NCBI GenBank assembly: GCA_038320275.1
Contig: JBBQEB010000004.1
Span: forward strand, 1-60,239
DNA from: Myxococcales bacterium
Lineage (GTDB): Bacteria; Myxococcota; Myxococcia; Myxococcales; Anaeromyxobacteraceae
Length of the DNA stretch: 60,239 nt
Direction of reading: 5' to 3'
The number at the start of each line of letters is the position of its first letter. The first letter of the stretch is position 1. The notes beneath the pieces are model-generated. The model had not been told where the DNA came from. It ran no database searches and worked only from the letters and a program-made list of their open reading frames with translations. Made by a program: the position numbers and the translations under genes. This document shows positions 58,774 through 60,239 of this stretch, piece by piece.

Positions 58774-60093
58774 ATGCCCAGCACCTCGCTCGCTTTCGCC
58801 GGTCCCGCCGAGCACCGGGCCTGGCTTCGCACGCAGGCGGCGCTGCCCGCCGGCTTCCGCGTGGGCACGGCCCGGCTCGCCTTCACCCCCCTGGAGGCGG
58901 CGAAACCGTCGCACATGAACGTGGTGCTGCTGGCGCTGGAGCAGCCCACGAACGCCTTCGCGCTGCAGCTCACCACCAACGCGTTCCCGGGCGCACCGGT
59001 GGTGATCGGGCGATCCCGGCGCGAGGAGCCGAAGCTCGGCGCGGTGGTGGTGAACAACAAGGTTTCGAACGTCTGCGCGCCGGGCGGCATCGAGGCCGCC
59101 GAGCGCATCTGCGCCGCCTCCGCCCGCTCCCTGGGGATGTCTCCGGCGGAGGTGCTGCCGGCGTCCACCGGCGTCATCGGCTGGCGGCTGCCGGTGGAAG
59201 CGATGGTGGAGGCGGTGCCTCGCGCGGCCGCTGCGCTGCAGGGGGAGTCGGTGCTCCCGGCGGCGGAGGCCATCATGACGACCGACCTCTATCCCAAGGT
59301 GCGCCGCGCCGAGGTGGGCGGCGGGGTGGTGGTGGGCATCGCCAAGGGGGCGGGCATGATCGAGCCGAACCTCGCCACCCTGCTCGTGTTCCTGCTCACC
59401 GACCTCGACGTGCCGCGCGAGGAGCTGCGCGCGGCGCTCGACGAGGCCGTGGAGGGGAGCTTCCACGCGATCTCGGTGGACTCGGACACCAGCACCTCCG
59501 ACATGGTGGCGCTCCTCGCCTCGGGTCAAAGGGCCGCTCCACCGCGCGACGCCTTTCGCCAGGCGCTCGCGCGCGTGTGCCGCGACCTCGCCGAGGACGT
59601 GGTGCGGAACGGCGAAGGCGTGCACCACGTGATCCGCGTGCAGGTGAGCGGCGCGCCGGACGCGGCCACCGCGCGCGGGGTGGGCAAGGCCATCGTCAAT
59701 TCGCCCCTGTTCCAGTGCGCGGTCAACGGGAACGACCCCAACGTCGGCCGGCTGCTCTGCGCCGTGGGCAAGTACCTGGGAGCCCACGGACCGGCGCTCG
59801 ACAGCTCGCGCATGCGCATCGCCATGGGCGGCGAGCTCCTGCTGGAAGGAGGGCTGATGCAGCTCGCCCCCGACCGCGAGGAGCGGCTCGTGGCCCACCT
59901 GCGCAACGCCGAGCTCTACGCCTCCCGCCCGCCACCAGACGGGCTCACCTTCAAGCCGCCCATCGCGCATCCTCCCCACGAGCGCAGCGTGGAGATCGAG
60001 GTGGATCTCGGCGCCGGCAAAGCCGGCGCCGAGGTGCTGGGGGCGGATCGGAGCCACGAGTACATCACGGAGAACGCGGATTACCGGAGCTGA
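58774..60093 (+). CDS. argJ: Ornithine acetyltransferase / N-acetylglutamate synthase
   Basis: STGVIG, IMTTD, KGAGMIEPNLAT autoprocessing site, DTSTSD, NGEG, YITENADYRS. Confidence 0.93.
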   Translation: MPSTSLAFAGPAEHRAWLRTQAALPAGFRVGTARLAFTPLEAAKPSHMNVVLLALEQPTNAFALQLTTNAFPGAPVVIGRSRREEPKLGAVVVNNKVSNVCAPGGIEAAERICAASARSLGMSPAEVLPASTGVIGWRLPVEAMVEAVPRAAAALQGESVLPAAEAIMTTDLYPKVRRAEVGGGVVVGIAKGAGMIEPNLATLLVFLLTDLDVPREELRAALDEAVEGSFHAISVDSDTSTSDMVALLASGQRAAPPRDAFRQALARVCRDLAEDVVRNGEGVHHVIRVQVSGAPDAATARGVGKAIVNSPLFQCAVNGNDPNVGRLLCAVGKYLGAHGPALDSSRMRIAMGGELLLEGGLMQLAPDREERLVAHLRNAELYASRPPPDGLTFKPPIAHPPHERSVEIEVDLGAGKAGAEVLGADRSHEYITENADYRS

Positions 60094-60127
60094 AGGGCGG
60101 GCGGGAGAAGGGCGGGTCGGGGGCGGG

Positions 60128-60210
60128 AGGTCGCGGGTCGGGGTCGAGGGTCGGGGGTCGAGGGTCGGGGGTCGGGGTCGAGGGTCGGGGTCGAGGGTCG
60201 GGGTCGGGGG
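60128..60210 (+). repeat. Imperfect (G3-5-TC[GA])n tandem repeat
   Basis: About 12 consecutive GGGTC-cored units downstream of argJ. Confidence 0.85.
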
Positions 60211-60239
60211 AGGGGTCCCGATCACGCTCGAAGACGAGC

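Overview
Very GC-rich myxobacterial (Anaeromyxobacter-like) chromosomal segment, mostly housekeeping and metabolic genes. In order: the 3' end of a probable IS1634-family element; two ABC-2 permeases, an FNR-like reductase, an M3 peptidase and gpsA; a five-gene type III PKS/methyltransferase/ACP/FAAL/FAD-oxidoreductase cluster; clpB, an orphan kinase, a ClC transporter, truA and an FG-GAP lipoprotein; a polyprenyl synthase plus a futalosine-pathway menaquinone cluster (mqnD, ubiD-, menG- and ubiX-like genes, mqnE, an mqnA-mqnC fusion, a deaminase, a ubiA-like gene and a GbsR-type regulator); an SPFH + ribbon-helix-helix pair; prfA-prmC-murA-hisG; tRNA-Gly(CCC); several oxidoreductases and hydrolases; a MarR-TolC-MdtABC efflux operon; a PAS kinase; a spermidine synthase-like/Gsp synthase/YgiB-like operon; and argJ. 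Three observations stand out. (1) A ~135-bp non-coding five-hairpin element occurs twice (22000-22135, 35158-35291), each time just after a GTGA stop and flanked by a duplication of the host gene's 3' end, with loop-biased and compensatory variation. (2) A shared TTCA-N8-TGAA palindrome lies at the promoters of the polyprenyl synthase and the mqn genes, suggesting a GbsR-type menaquinone regulon. (3) MqnA and MqnC are fused in one ORF. All assignments come from motif reading only; no database searches were run.
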